DNA of 64,000 nucleotides from Eledone cirrhosa (GCA_964016885.1 OZ024740.1:426002001-426066000); one strand, 5' to 3'. Counted from the first letter of the stretch, positions 11,241 through 22,998 are shown. Numbers and translations: made by a program. The notes: generated from the sequence alone by a model not told the origin.

Positions 11241-12169
11241 TGACTGGCACATCGAATGTGCTCAGGCGCTCACAGTCCTCTGGCAAACGGACCCGGTGAT
11301 CAGTGGAAACTCCACTTCGACATTCTATAGAGGGTAGGTCCGCAGCAAGTGCGACGACGCGCTCCGAGAAACTCTAGGCGTAGGGGTGGACGAACTGGCC
11401 AGTCTGTTCGGTAGGACCTTCCGCCCGGGACCAATGGACAACTTCCAAAAGTCCCTGGCTTGGCAGTGCTACCGAGGAGCTCTACCAGTTCGAGAGAAGC
11501 TCTACAGGTAGGGACCCTTCGAAAAGATCTGTCCGAGATGCGTGCGCGACGAGGAAACCGTCGGGCACACATTTGTACACTGCCCAGGCGTTACCGACAT
11601 GTGGGACTATGTAGAACGACTATTGTCGCGGGTGGGACCAATCCATGATCAAACCGCCACCCTCCTTCAGAAATAAGGGAGCGGCGGTTTTCCTATGTGT
11701 TATGGCTATGGTGAAAGGGGTTATATGGTGGACGAGGTTAAAAGGGCTGAGGTCAGACACCTTTCTCTCCGGCGAGCAACTGATTCGTTTTTTCAAATAT
11801 CATTTTGGAAGAAGAATCAGGATGAAGAGAGAGGTGCTGTACCCCAGCAAGTTTTATAAAAGGTGGGTGAATGTGGCAAAGATGGCCCGAGTGGTTGGGC
11901 CTTCTCTCTATAAAAGCCTGTAGGTTGAGGAAAAATAGGAATAGAGGAAGGGAGTACTCACTCTTTGTGCTCCTGAAGATGAGGGCTGTACATTTTTTCA
12001 GGGTGTGTACAACCCCTGTGTAACGCCTCCTCCCCTATTGGGGATTTCAATTGTTATTTGTATTTTATTAATAGTTTTATTTTCATATACCTGTATGTAA
12101 ACTCCACATTTGTATCTGTCCCTTTCTTTTGTGCCCTTGTGGTTAATAAAGAAATTTATCTATCTATCT
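11241..12169 (+). pseudogene. 5'-truncated, frameshifted diverged relative of the LINE (ORF2 C-terminus + 3' UTR)
   Basis: Homologous to ~9955-10940; ORF 11645..11923 MIKPPPSF..WWTRLKGLRS..RWVNVAKMAR matches the ORF2 end; ends aataaagaaatt(tatc)n. Confidence 0.92.
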
Positions 12170-12880
12170 TTCTACCAGTTCGAGTAAGATATACAGGCAC
12201 GGACGCCCCGGCAGGGATCCTTCCAAAGGACGTGTCCAAGATGCGAGCAGGACATTGAAACCGTCCTGCACGCAATTGTACACTGCCCGGGCGTAACCGA
12301 CCTGTGAAACTATGCAAAACAACTGCTGTCGCGTATTGGACAAATCCAGTTGACTGCCGATTCCATAGTAAGGATCAAACCGCCAACTTCTTTCAAAAAC
12401 GAAAGAGAGGCGGTTTTCCCCTGCATAGTGGCTATGGTAAAAGAGGTTATATGGTGGACGAGATTGAGAGGACTGAGGACAGATACCTTCCTCCCCGGAC
12501 AGCAACTCATTCCCTTCTTTAGGTACCACTTTAGAATGAGAATCAGAGTAGAGAGAGAGGCACTGCACCCCAGTAAATTTACTGAAAGGTGGGTGAATGT
12601 AGCAAAAATGGCCCGAGTGTATGGCCTTTCTCTGTATATAAACCTGTAGGTTGAAGATGGGAGCAAAATGAGGAAAGGAGAACTTGCACAACATGCTCCT
12701 GGAGTTGAGGGTTGTTCTATCGAAGGGGTATTAAACAACCCATTTGTAACGCCTCCTCCCTATTGGGGATTTCGATTGTTAAATTTACTTGTTTTAATAA
12801 CATTTTTACACGACTGCATGTGTCTTTGTATTGTCTCCTTTTCTTGTGCGCCCCTGTGTCAAATAAATAAATCTATCTAT
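12170..12880 (+). pseudogene. Second 5'-truncated diverged relative of the LINE
   Basis: Homologous to ~10195-10940; ORF 12350..12649 IKPPTSFK..WWTRLRGLR..RWVNVAKMAR; ends aataaataaatctatctat. Confidence 0.92.
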
Positions 12881-12889
12881 TTTACTGGT

Positions 12890-13420
12890 GTATTTCCTAT
12901 TTCCCTCTATCACTCTTTCTCTCTACCTCAATCTCTCTTTCCTTCACTTTTAGACCCTCTCTCTTTACTTTCTCACACGCATCCTTCAACTCTTTCCTTT
13001 TTCTATCTCTTATCTCATCTCTCTTTCACCCTCTCTCTCTCACACATTTCTTCTATATCCCTCCCTCCTTACTACTACATATCATCATTTATCAACCCCT
13101 ACCTTTGTCTCTCTCTGTTTTTGTCATCCTCCGTCTCACTTCCAACTCCTATATACCCGTCAATCCCTCTCTATCTCTTTTATCTATTTTCACTCTCACT
13201 TCTCTTTAGCCATTATTCGTATCTCTATCTCATCCCCACCCCCAGCACGTTCCTCCCCCTCCCTCTCCCAGTATCTCTATCTCTCATCCCCACCCGTAGC
13301 ACAGGTTCCTCCCCTTCCTCTGCCAGTATCTCTACCTCTACCTCACCGCCAGCACGTTCCTCTCCCAGTATCTCTACCTCTTCCCTCACCTCCAGTACGT
13401 TCCTCCCCCTTCCTCAGCCA
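12890..13420. repeat. CT-rich low-complexity tract with short internal repeats (ccagtatctctac / cacgttcctcccc)
   Basis: Direct reading. Confidence 0.7.
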
Positions 13421-13549
13421 CTATACGCCACAAACTGAAATCGATGTTGCGGCTATTTCAACATGTCAGCCCCTGAAGTCTCAGCCAGGCCTCAATGTAT
13501 CTCCCTGGCGTCCATCTGTCCAAACTCTTCCAAGATGCTAAAATAAATA

Positions 13550-13996
13550 AATACATATACACACATATACATATACACGCACATACACTACACAAACACA
13601 TGCACAACACACGCTCACACAAACACATACATACTCACATATACACATATACACATACAATACACAAAGACATTCATACACACACATACCTACATAGGCA
13701 CATGCAAACACACACACACACACATATATATATATATGTATGTATGAATGTGTGTGTGTGTGTGTGTATAAGCAGCAAAAGTTATGTATATATATATATA
13801 CATGGTATATTTTATATTTTTTCTTCACTTACCTTTTGCTGATATATATGTGCGTGTATAGATATATGTGTCTGTGTGTGTGTATATATATATGCGTGTA
13901 TAGATGTGTGTGTATATATATGTGTGTGTGTGTATATATATATGAGCGTGTATATATATATATATGTGTGTCTGTGTGTATTTGTGTTTATATATA
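13550..13996. repeat. Degenerate CA/TA/TG dinucleotide tract
   Basis: Direct reading. Confidence 0.9.
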
Positions 13997-14090
13997 GATT
14001 CAGCAGCAAAGGGTAAGTGGAAAAAAAAAACATATTAAAACGGAAAATGTGTAGAGATGAAACTTAGGGAAACTTTAAGGAACCATTTTA

Positions 14091-16110
14091 ATGGTGGTGG
14101 TGGTGGTGATGATGATGGTGGTGGTGGTGGTGGTAGTGGTGGTGATGGTGGTGGTGGTGGTAGCGGTGGTGGTGGTGGTGGTGGTGGTGGTGGTGGTGGT
14201 AGCGGTGGTGGTAGCGGTGGTGGTAGTGGTGGTGTTGGAGGTGGTGGTGGTGGTGATGGTGGTGGTGGTAGTGGTGGTGATGGTGGTGGTGGTGGTAGTG
14301 GTGGTGATGGTAGTAGTGGTGGAGGTGGTGGTGGTGGTGGTGGTAGTGGTGGTGTTGGAGGTGGTGGTGGTGGTGATGGTGGTGGTGGTGGTGGTAGTGG
14401 TGGTGATGGTGGTGGTGGTGGTAGCGGTGGTGGTGGTGGTGGTGGTGGTGGTGGTGGTGGTGGTAGCGGTGGTGGTAGCGGTGGTGGTGGTGGTGGTAGT
14501 GGTGGTGTTGGAGGTGGTGGTGGTGGTGATGGTGGTAGTGGTGGTGATGGTAGTGGTGGTGATGGTAGTAGTGGTGGAGGTGGTGGTGGTGGTGGTGGTA
14601 GTGGTGGTGTTGGAGGTGGTGGTGGTGGTGATGGTGGTGGTGGTAGTGGTGGTGATGGTGGTGGTGGTGGTAGTGGTGGTGATGGTAGTAGTAGTGGAGG
14701 TGGTGGTGGTGGTGGTGGTGGTGGTGGTGGTGTTGGAGGTGGTGGTGGTGGTGGTGGTAGTGGTGGTGATGGTGGTGGTGGTGGTAGTGGTGGTGATGGT
14801 AGTAGTGGTGGAGGTGGTGGTGGTGGTGGTGGTGGTGGTAGTGTGTGGTGATGGTGGTGGTGGTGGTAGTGGTGGTGATGGTAGTGGTGGTGGTAGTGGT
14901 GGTGATGGTAGTGGTGGTGGTGGTAGTGGTGGTGGTAGTGGTGGTGTTGATGATGGTGGTGGTGGAGGTGGAGGTGGTGGTGGTGGTGGTGGTGGTGGTA
15001 GTGGTGGTGATGGTGGTAGTGGTGGTGGTAGTGGTGGTGGTAGTGGTGGTGATGGTAGTAGTGGTGGAGGTGGTGGTGGTGGTGGTGGTGGTAGTGGTGG
15101 TGATGGTGGTGGTGGTGGTAGTGGTGGTGATGGTAGTGGTGGTGGTAGTGGTGGTGATGGTAGTGGTGGTGGTGGTAGTGGTGGTGGTAGTGGTGGTGTT
15201 GATGATGGTGGTGGTGGAGGTGGAGGTGGTGGTGGTGGTGGTAGTGGTGGTGATGGTGGTGGTGGCGGTGGTAGTGGTGGTGGTGGTGGTAGTGGTGGTG
15301 ATGGTGGTGGTGGTGGTAGTGGTGGTGATGGTAGTGGTGGTGGTAGTGGTGGTGGTGGTGGTGGTGGTGGTAGTGGTGGTGATGGTGGTGGTGGTGGTAG
15401 TGGTGGTGATGGTAGTGGTGGTGGTGGTAGTGGTGGTGGTAGTGGTGGTGTTGATGATGGTGGTGGTGGTGGTGGTGGTGGTGGTGGTGGTGGTGGTAGT
15501 GGTGGTGATGGTGGTGGTGGTGGTGGTAGTGGTGGTGGTGGTTGTGGTGGTGGTAGTGGTGGTGATGGTGGTGGTGGTGGTAGTGGTGGTGATGGTGGTG
15601 GTGGTGGTAGTGGTGGTGGTGGTGGTGGTGGTGGTAGTGGTGGTGATGGTGGTAGTGGTGGTAGTGGTGGTGATGGTAGTAGTGGTGGTGGTGGTGGTAG
15701 TGGTGGTGGTGTTGGTGGTGTTGATGATGGTGGTGGTGGTGGTGGTGGTGGTGGAGGTGGTGGTGGTGATGGTGGTGGTGATGATGGTGGTGGTGGTGGT
15801 GTTGATGATGGTGGAGGTGGTGGTGGTGGAGGTGGTGGTGGTGGTGGTGGTGTTGGTGGTGGTGGTGGTGGTGGTGGTGGTGGTGGTGGTGGTGGTGGTG
15901 ATGGTGGTGTTGATGATGGTGGAGGTGGTGGAGGTGGTGGTGGTGGAGGTGGTGGAGGTGGTGGTGGTGGTGCTGGTGGTGGAGGTGGTGGTGGTGGTGG
16001 TGGTGGTGGTGATGGTGGTGTTGATGATGGTGGTGGTGGAGGTGGTGGTGGTGGTGGAGGTGGTGCTGATGATGGTGATGGTGGAGGTGGTGGTGGTGGT
16101 GGTTGCGGTG
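14091..16110. repeat. ~2 kb degenerate (GGT)n tract with recurring AGT/GAT/GGA variants
   Basis: Direct reading; produces the Gly-, Val-, Pro-, His- and Thr-homopolymer ORFs. Confidence 0.95.
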
Positions 16111-16203
16111 CAAGTGGTTGTGATGTTAAAGGGAGGGTAGTTGGGGTGGGGAATGGCCAGTTGAAAGAAACATTGATACTTGTTGTTGTTTTTGCCTAGA
16201 TGG

Positions 16204-16235
<32 letters not shown>

Positions 16236-16474
16236 TTGACAATGATGATGATGGTGATGTTGATGACCGTGGTGGTGGTGGTGGTGTCGATGATGCGGAG
16301 GAGACGAGGATGAGAGAAAAAGAGAAGTAGGGGCGAAGAGGGAGGTGGGGTGGAGATGTTCTAGCAAGATCCAAAAAAATATCTAAAAGGAAATAATGAA
16401 AAATGGTGCGTTCATATGCTCCATGTCAACACATATAGAACTACAGAGCCACACAACGGCAGAAATAGGAAACA

Positions 16475-16477
<3 letters not shown>

Positions 16478-16526
<49 letters not shown>

Positions 16527-16574
16527 TATATATATGCATATATATATGCATATATATGCATATATGCATATATA

Positions 16575-16644
<70 letters not shown>

Positions 16645-16719
16645 TATATATATGCATATATATATGCATATATATATGCATATATATATGCATATATATG
16701 CATATATGCATATATATGC

Positions 16720-16751
<32 letters not shown>

Positions 16752-16768
16752 CTGTGTGTGTATATATA
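16478..16768. repeat. (TA)n with periodic TGCA interruptions
   Basis: Direct reading. Confidence 0.93.
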
Positions 16769-17849
16769 AAAATATTTTACAACAGAAAGATATTTAAAAA
16801 TAATATACACATATTTGTAGATACACACGTGGAAACGCATGTCTATATCCATAGATATATACATATACGTGTTTATATAGTCCTATATGTGTGTATGGAT
16901 CTGTGTATGTGTTTGTATGTGTGCCTGTTTGTATATTTATTTGTTTTTATGAGCGTCTCTACGTCTACGGAGAATACATTTTTTTTTTGCAATACACTCA
17001 CACATATATGTATATAAGCTTACGCATACACGCACACATATGTACAAATATATCTATATAAGTACATAGTAAAACACATATATATATATAATACAGGTTG
17101 AGAAGCACAGCACATAAGCAGATGCGTGTGACAACATGACAGATTGGTGAATAAAACTCACATTTGATTTTCTTGCCAATGTTTGATATTTTAATTCCTA
17201 TGTGGTATTGAGCAAAAAGGTATTTTTTGCTGCGTGGTCAATCTTGTTCTGTTTCAAAACATTTTAGCTTCAACCCGTTAATTCTCTTGCGGCAATTTCC
17301 GACGTAACCCGCATTTTACACCTTGTCACAAATAAATATGTCTGTCTATGTATATACCTAACCGACCAGGAAGCCTATACATGGTCATCCTATCTGCTAG
17401 ACATAGAAGCCAAACCACTTACAAATTAGAACCATGGCGTATTAAAAAGAAGACATATTGGATAATGTAGGTTTAGATATACTATCAGAATTAGAAGTAA
17501 TTAAAGATCGTATATCTAGTGAATATTTTGAATTGTTTTCATTAATTTTATTTAAAGATTAATTAAACCTTCTCCAAATGTAATTGATTCTTCGTCAATG
17601 TATAACACTTTGGAGATAAAAATTACTCGCAGTAAATTAAAATTCGGTCATTTGTTCTTCAGAAAGAAAGAAAGAATATAGAGTTTGTTAGTAGTAGAGA
17701 GATTTGGGTGGAATGGTGAAGAAAGAATTTGAATAGTGTGGCGGAAATAGTAGGATTATATGGGTAATTAGCGATGTGGGTTTATATAAAGTGAGAACAA
17801 GGGTCGGATAAAATTAGTAGCAAAACCCAGCTCGGTGAGGTAAAGTCTA

Positions 17850-18015
17850 TTAAATCGACTCCAGTGCGTTATTGGCATTTTATTTTGACGACCCCGTAAG
17901 GCTGAAAAGCAAAGCTAACCTTAGCGAGATTTAACACAGAACGTAAAAGAAACGTACATTTATGTCACAACACCAGTTGTCCGTCGCTCTACTGATACTG
18001 CCAATGCATCGCCCA
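17850..18015 (-). mobile_element. Diverged SINE copy
   Basis: tttattttgacgaccccgtaaggctgaaaagcaaag..ctctactgatactgccaat matches the reverse-complement SINE consensus. Confidence 0.7.
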
Positions 18016-18039
18016 AAATAATGAGAATAATTTTCGTTA

Positions 18040-18220
18040 TGTGACTCATACAAAAAAGGCATTTATTCCCATTAGGCTTCAATTTCTCACTCGTTCTAAC
18101 TTCTAGGATGTTCTACTATGAAGAACGACGATTGTCCGAACGCTGAATTTTGCAGTTTGGATTTTCTGTATTTTTCAATCATCCAGAATTTTGAATTTTG
18201 CATTTTGCTTTGTCTTGTAG
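18040..18220 (+). mobile_element. Possible Penelope-like 3' end / pLTR relic
   Basis: aaggcatttattcccattaggcttcaat reads KAFIP-LGFN with a 1-nt shift (GIY-YIG C-terminal P-x-G-L-N-like), followed by a decayed hammerhead-like tgaagaacgacgattgtccgaacg. Confidence 0.35.
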
Positions 18221-18276
18221 ATGTACGGATTATGTGTGGGTAATGAGGTGGCAGTCGGCTGTAGATTATTATAGAA

Positions 18277-18448
18277 GGTGGATTGGTGGTATCGGTATGC
18301 TTTGACGCATAGAGTTATGGCCCTTGTCATTCTGAGTTCAAATCCCGCCGAGGTTAACTTTGCCTTTCATCTTTACGGGGTCGATAAAATAAAATACCAG
18401 TAATGTACTGGGTCATTGCTGGCCTTGTGCCAAAAGTAGAAACAAATA
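18277..18448 (+). mobile_element. tRNA-derived-like SINE, copy
   Basis: Matches the consensus at 26104-26296. Confidence 0.85.
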
Positions 18449-18692
18449 TTATATAAAGTATGTAAAACAATGGCTGCAGCCTGATGAGTCTTCCTTCCTT
18501 AACTGGTGCAGGATGATTGCTCTGCCGGGAACGACATGTGTGCTTTTTACTTTGGATTAGTGTAGCTTTGTTTATGTTTAACTTAAGGGATGTAACGGAC
18601 TTAATTACACACACAAACACACACACACACATACATACACACACACGCGTGCACACACACACACATACATATATATACACACACATACATAA

Positions 18693-18725
<33 letters not shown>

Positions 18726-18787
18726 GTGAAAACTTGGACGGGAACAAAAACAGAGAGGCAGTACAAATAAAAGTTTATTAGGTTCAC

Positions 18788-18850
18788 ACTCTTGAGAGCG
18801 GGGGTGGTGGGGAACGACGTTTCGGGCACAAGCCCTTCATCAAGAGAAAA
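18788..18850 (-). ncRNA. Hammerhead-like motif in the Penelope 3' pLTR
   Basis: Minus strand uUGAUGA-a-gggc(uugu)gccc-GAAA-CG-UC; first core base is U rather than C and stem I is not obvious. Confidence 0.55.
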
Positions 18851-20197
18851 GTGGGTAGAAGAGAGTTCCAAGAGTGGGTGAGGGAGTGGTGGGAGAACAT
18901 TTAGAAAAAAGGGAGGGGGAAATGGTGGAAGGGGTACAAATAAAAGTAAAAGAAGCATAAACATAAACAAGTGGTGGAAGGGTGGAGTAGGGAGAGGGAG
19001 GCGGGGCGTCCGAGCGGGGAGGGCTGAAGGTGGTGTTTGTGTATGTGTGTATGTGTACGTGTGTGTGCGTGTGTATGTGAATGTGGGAGTTGGGGGAAGA
19101 ACGAGGTTCCATGTTCAGGAAAAGGTGTGTGCGTGGGGTGGGGTGTAGGTCGGTGTCTGCGTGCGTGTGGCTGGGGAGAGTCAGAGGGCTGAGGGAGGGG
19201 CGTGTAGATTCCGGAGGCTGAGTGTATATATGTGGGGGTACGCACGTGTGTGTTTGTGTTTATACGTGGTGTGGATGTGGGTGGCGTGGTTCGAAAAAAA
19301 ATTGTGAGTGTATGTCCGTGGGTAAGTTCCTAAGGTAGTTCCGTGGAGTGTGAGATGAGTGCCGGATATTTTTCATGTTACGGAGTCGATAGCTGGAACG
19401 ATGACTGGTGGTGTGTAATCCATAGGTTGTGGTGGTCGGAAGTGGAGAGAGGTGTGGCGCGCGCCGAACAGGAAGTGGTCAGGAAGGCAGAGTGAAGTGA
19501 TAGCAGTAGAGGAGAATGACAGGTGGAGAAATGGTCAGTGTGTGGTGAGGACTGTGTGTCTGTGTGCGGAGGTGCGGTGGACAAGGGAGAGGATGGGTAG
19601 GTGTGAAAGGTGGAGAGAGCAGGTGGTCATGTGGGGGGATGGGGTGTGTATTAGCAGAGGTGTTAGTGGGATGTGTGTGTGTGAAGGGGTGTGGGTGGAG
19701 CGGGGAGAGGGAGAAGGAGAGAAAAGGTGGTGGGGACTGGTGTGTGTGTGCGTGTTTGGATGAGTGTGTGTGTGGTAAAGGGGGTGTTAATGGGTGTTAG
19801 TATACTGGTGGTGGGGAAAGGGTGGATGCGGGTGTGTTCGTGGGGGTTAGTGGTGATTGAGTGTGTGGAGTGGGTGGTGTAGGTAGGTATGGGTGGGTGG
19901 GTGTGGGAATGTGCGTTTTCGTGTGCGTGGGGTCGGGGGGATGTTAGTGATATTAGTTGTGGGGAGTGGGTGTGTGGGTGAGGGTTAGTGGGGTAGTAGG
20001 GTGTATGGATAGTGTGAGTGCGTGTATATATGTACAGGTGGGTGTGTGCGTGATAGGGGGAGGGCCGGTGGTGTTAGTATTGTTAGTTGTGTGGTGGGCC
20101 AAGGGGGTGGGGCGATGAGAAGGAATAGTGTGGTAGTGGTGTTAGTGGGGGATGGTGTGAATGGGGGGAAACCGGCTAAAGGAATAGGGGTGGGGAG

Positions 20198-20475
20198 TTC
20201 AGGCCGGGGTGTGTGTGGGTCTGTAGGGTGAAGACGGTGCTTTGTTCGACCGAGAGGCGGGTGTTCTGTGGCATTGGAGTAGGCCACATACTGTGAGGTG
20301 GTGCGCGGAATGTCCAGGGGACCCAAAGTGGCGGACGATGGGGGAACACCCGCCGAGACGAATATCCCGGAGGTGTTCAGTGAAACGGTCCGCCAGGCCA
20401 CGTCCAGTCTGTCCGACGTAGGTTGCGTTGCACTCTGTGCAGCGAAGTCCATGGACTAGGTTGGAGGAGGTGCAG
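20198..20475 (-). pseudogene. Penelope GIY-YIG endonuclease remnant
   Basis: Manual translation SNLVHGLRCTECNATYVGQTGRGLADRFTEHLRDIR..VRHF..GHS, then VFTLQTHTP/GLN across frameshifts. Confidence 0.88.
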
Positions 20476-20859
20476 CGGAAGGCGTGCCGAACAGAGAGAG
20501 AGTGGCCGTTGGGACTCTGGAAGGTGGTGGTGTTGGTGATGTGGGGGCAGGTGTGGCAACGAGGCCTGGTGCAGGGAAGGGACGGGGGGGGGGACTGTGG
20601 ACGAGGAGGGTGCGGCGATTGCGTGCGCGTTTGAACGAGGTGAGGGGTGGGGATAGGAAGATGTGGGAAGTGGAGGGGTCGGATTGGAGGCGTCGGAAGA
20701 GGCGTCGGATGGTGCGGTGGGGAGGTAGGGTGGAGGGGTGGTAGGTGATGGGGAAGGGGATACGATGGGTGGGTGTGTGGTGGCGTGGGGTGAGGGCGGT
20801 GGAGCGGTGGACAGCACGGGCGCGAGTGAGGGCGGTGTGGACGAGGGAGGGTAACCTCT

Positions 20860-21790
20860 CCGGTTGAAATGGCTGGTTAGGGAAAGGGCCTGGGACTCAA
20901 AGTCAGCATCTCGGCTGCAGATGCGGCGGATCCGGAGGAGTTGGGAGTAAGGAATAGAGTGTTTAGTGTGTGTGTAGGGTGGGAGGAGGTGAAGTCGAGG
21001 TAGAAGTGGTGGGAGGGCTTGATGGCGACGGAGATGTCTAAGAAGTGGACGTGGGTGGTGGAGATAGAGGTGGTGAAGTGGAGGGAGGGGTGGAAAGATC
21101 AGAAGAAGGAGAGAAAAAAGTCGAGCTGTTCTCGGGTGAGGGTCGTGGCTCCGATACAGTCGTCGATGTAACGACCGTACAGTTCAGGCGTGGGGCCGGT
21201 GTACTGGGCAAAGTATTGGGCCTCAACGTGGCCAACGAAAAGGTTGGCATAGTTTGGGCCCATTCTTGTGCCCATGGCTACCCCCGTGACCTGTTGGTAA
21301 AACTCACCCGAGAAGGAGAAGCAGTTGAGGGTGAGGACCAGCTCGGCGAGGCGAAGGGGGGTGGGGGTGGAGGGGATGGGGATGGGGCGAATGTCGAGGT
21401 AGTGCCTGAGGGCACATAGGCCGTCGACGTGGGGTTACATTATAGAGAGATTTGATATCTAGGGTGAAGAGCAGGGGGTGTGGGCCGGGTGGGAAAGTGA
21501 AGGAGTCGAACAGGCGAAGGGCGTGGTTGGTGTCGGAGATGTGAGAGAGGAGGGTGGTGACCAGGGGGGCGAGGATGGAGTCGAGAAAGGCGGAGATGAG
21601 TTCGTTGGGGCAGTTGCAAGCGGAGACGATGGGGCTGCAGGGGTTGTCGGGTTTGTGGAGTTTGGGGAGAAAGTAGATAGTAGGGGTGCGGGGCGGGGGG
21701 AGGGGTAACGAGGAGGTGGGAAGCGGTGGGAGGGTGGAGGGAGGAGGAAACAAGGTGTTGGATAGTGGAGGAAACTTGTTGGGCTACTCA
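20860..21790 (-). pseudogene. Penelope-type reverse transcriptase remnant
   Basis: ORF 21304..21753 PTIYFLPKLHKPDNPCSPIVSACNCP..DIKSLY; other frames give GVAMGTRMGPNYANLFVG and RYIDD; frameshifts present. Confidence 0.9.
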
Positions 21791-21820
21791 GTCGTTAATA
21801 TGCATAAGGTAAGTATATAC

Positions 21821-21907
21821 GTTCAACAATCTGGCAGGAAGGTATACGTTGCTGACGATAGCTAATAAGCTTGAAACTAGTACAGCGTTCCTTTGTCAGT
21901 GTTGAAC
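21821..21907 (+). ncRNA. Minimal type I hammerhead ribozyme (PLE-type)
   Basis: acgttg-CTGACGA-t-agct(aata)agct-t-GAAA-CTAG-TA-cagcgt; stem I acgttg/cagcgt extended by ctggcaggaagg/cctttgtcag and gttcaaca/tgttgaac; palindromic CTAG at stem III. Confidence 0.78.
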
Positions 21908-21935
21908 AAACGAGCAACGATGGTTGCTGGACACT

Positions 21936-22100
21936 ACGGCTTAATATGGAATGTTTGTTTACAAACACATCGAGCATTATAATAAATGTTTGGTGAATCC
22001 ATACGTACATATATATATATGTGCACGTATGTATATATATATACATACTACTGTACGTCTGTATACTTATATGTATGTACGTGTACATACTTATATATAT
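21936..22100 (+). repeat. Interspersed repeat downstream of the hammerhead, homologous to 1309-1470
   Basis: Shared sequence including AATAAA and a TA/TG tail. Confidence 0.85.
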
Positions 22101-22127
22101 ATATATATAGTAATAATTGTAGTAATA

Positions 22128-22210
22128 ATAATTGTTTCTACTTTAGGCACAAGGCCAGCAATCACCCAGTGCATTACTGGTACTTTATTTTATCGACCCG
22201 GTAAGGATGA
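22128..22210 (-). mobile_element. Partial SINE copy (3' half)
   Basis: ataattgtttctactttaggcacaaggccagc..ttatcgacccggtaaggatga. Confidence 0.8.
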
Positions 22211-22291
22211 ATAATAAATGTGAAGACTAAAATCCAAAGAGGACTCGATACGGATAAATATATATCAAATATATAAGAACCCTAGAGCAAA

Positions 22292-22569
22292 TATTTATTA
22301 AAATAACAGATTAAAGTTTAAGCAAAGAATCGCTACTTTCACCATTTAAAAAACCCGAAAAACAAGGGATATATGTTTAAATAGGAATATGGAGAGGGTC
22401 CGACTGGTTCTAGACTCCAATATATATATATATACATATATATATATAGTAATAATAATACATTTGAAGACTAAAATCCAAAGATTGACTTTGTTAGTTT
22501 CAGAAGATCCCGTTAAGGGTGAAAGCAGCGATTCTTTGCTTAAACTTTAATCTGTTATTTTAATAAATA
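22292..22569. repeat. Inverted repeat, ~52-bp arms enclosing another repeat fragment
   Basis: tatttattaaaataacagattaaagtttaagcaaagaatcgct..ttcacc versus ggtgaaagcagcgattctttgcttaaactttaatctgttattttaataaata; internal 22345-22419 is reverse-complementary to 23668-23753. Confidence 0.85.
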
Positions 22570-22599
22570 AATATATATATATATGGGTACAACAACAAC

Positions 22600-22790
22600 A
22601 AACTATTACTACTACTACTACTACTGACATACTGAACGTGTAGGTCAGCACCCCTAAAGCCGGATATCGTATCTAATGACTGCTACACATCATTATAAAA
22701 CCATTCCCTCCCCATTACAAACCTAGACCCCAAACCATACGTATGTAGATCCCAAACCACACCCGCATCTCAGAAGATCAAATGACATTA
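22600..22790 (+). repeat. Direct repeat copy 1 (copy 2 at 24810-25010)
   Basis: (cta)n-ctgacatactgaacgtgtaggtcagca..gccggatatcgtatctaatgactgctacacatc shared. Confidence 0.88.
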
Positions 22791-22807
22791 TATCGGTAGA
22801 AACAATG

Positions 22808-22998
22808 TGCGGTGAATTGGCAGTATCGGTACGGGTCGGAAACCATGCTTTGACGCATAGAGTTATACCCCTTTATGATCTGAGTTCAAATCCCACCGAA
22901 TTTAACTTTGCCATTCATCCTTACGGGTTCGATAAAATAATGTACCAGTAATGTACTGAGATAATTGCTGGCCTTGTGCCAAAAGTAGAAACAATTAT
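22808..22998 (+). mobile_element. tRNA-derived-like SINE, copy
   Basis: Matches consensus. Confidence 0.85.

Larger units (their letters stand above)
18725..21790 (-). mobile_element. Penelope-like retroelement (Poseidon-like), 5'-truncated and frameshifted
   Basis: Minus-strand RT motifs YFLPKLHKP..PIVS, TLDIKSLY, GVAMGTRMGPNYANLF, YGRYIDD; GIY-YIG motifs; 3' hammerhead-like motif and AATAAA. Confidence 0.9.

Noticed and set aside
14035-16367. Gly-rich, extensin-like Pro-rich or His-rich proteins
   Set aside because: All frames are translations of one (GGT)n tract; no supportable exon structure
18478-18545. Hammerhead at cctgatgag
   Set aside because: No GAAA core or clear stem II downstream
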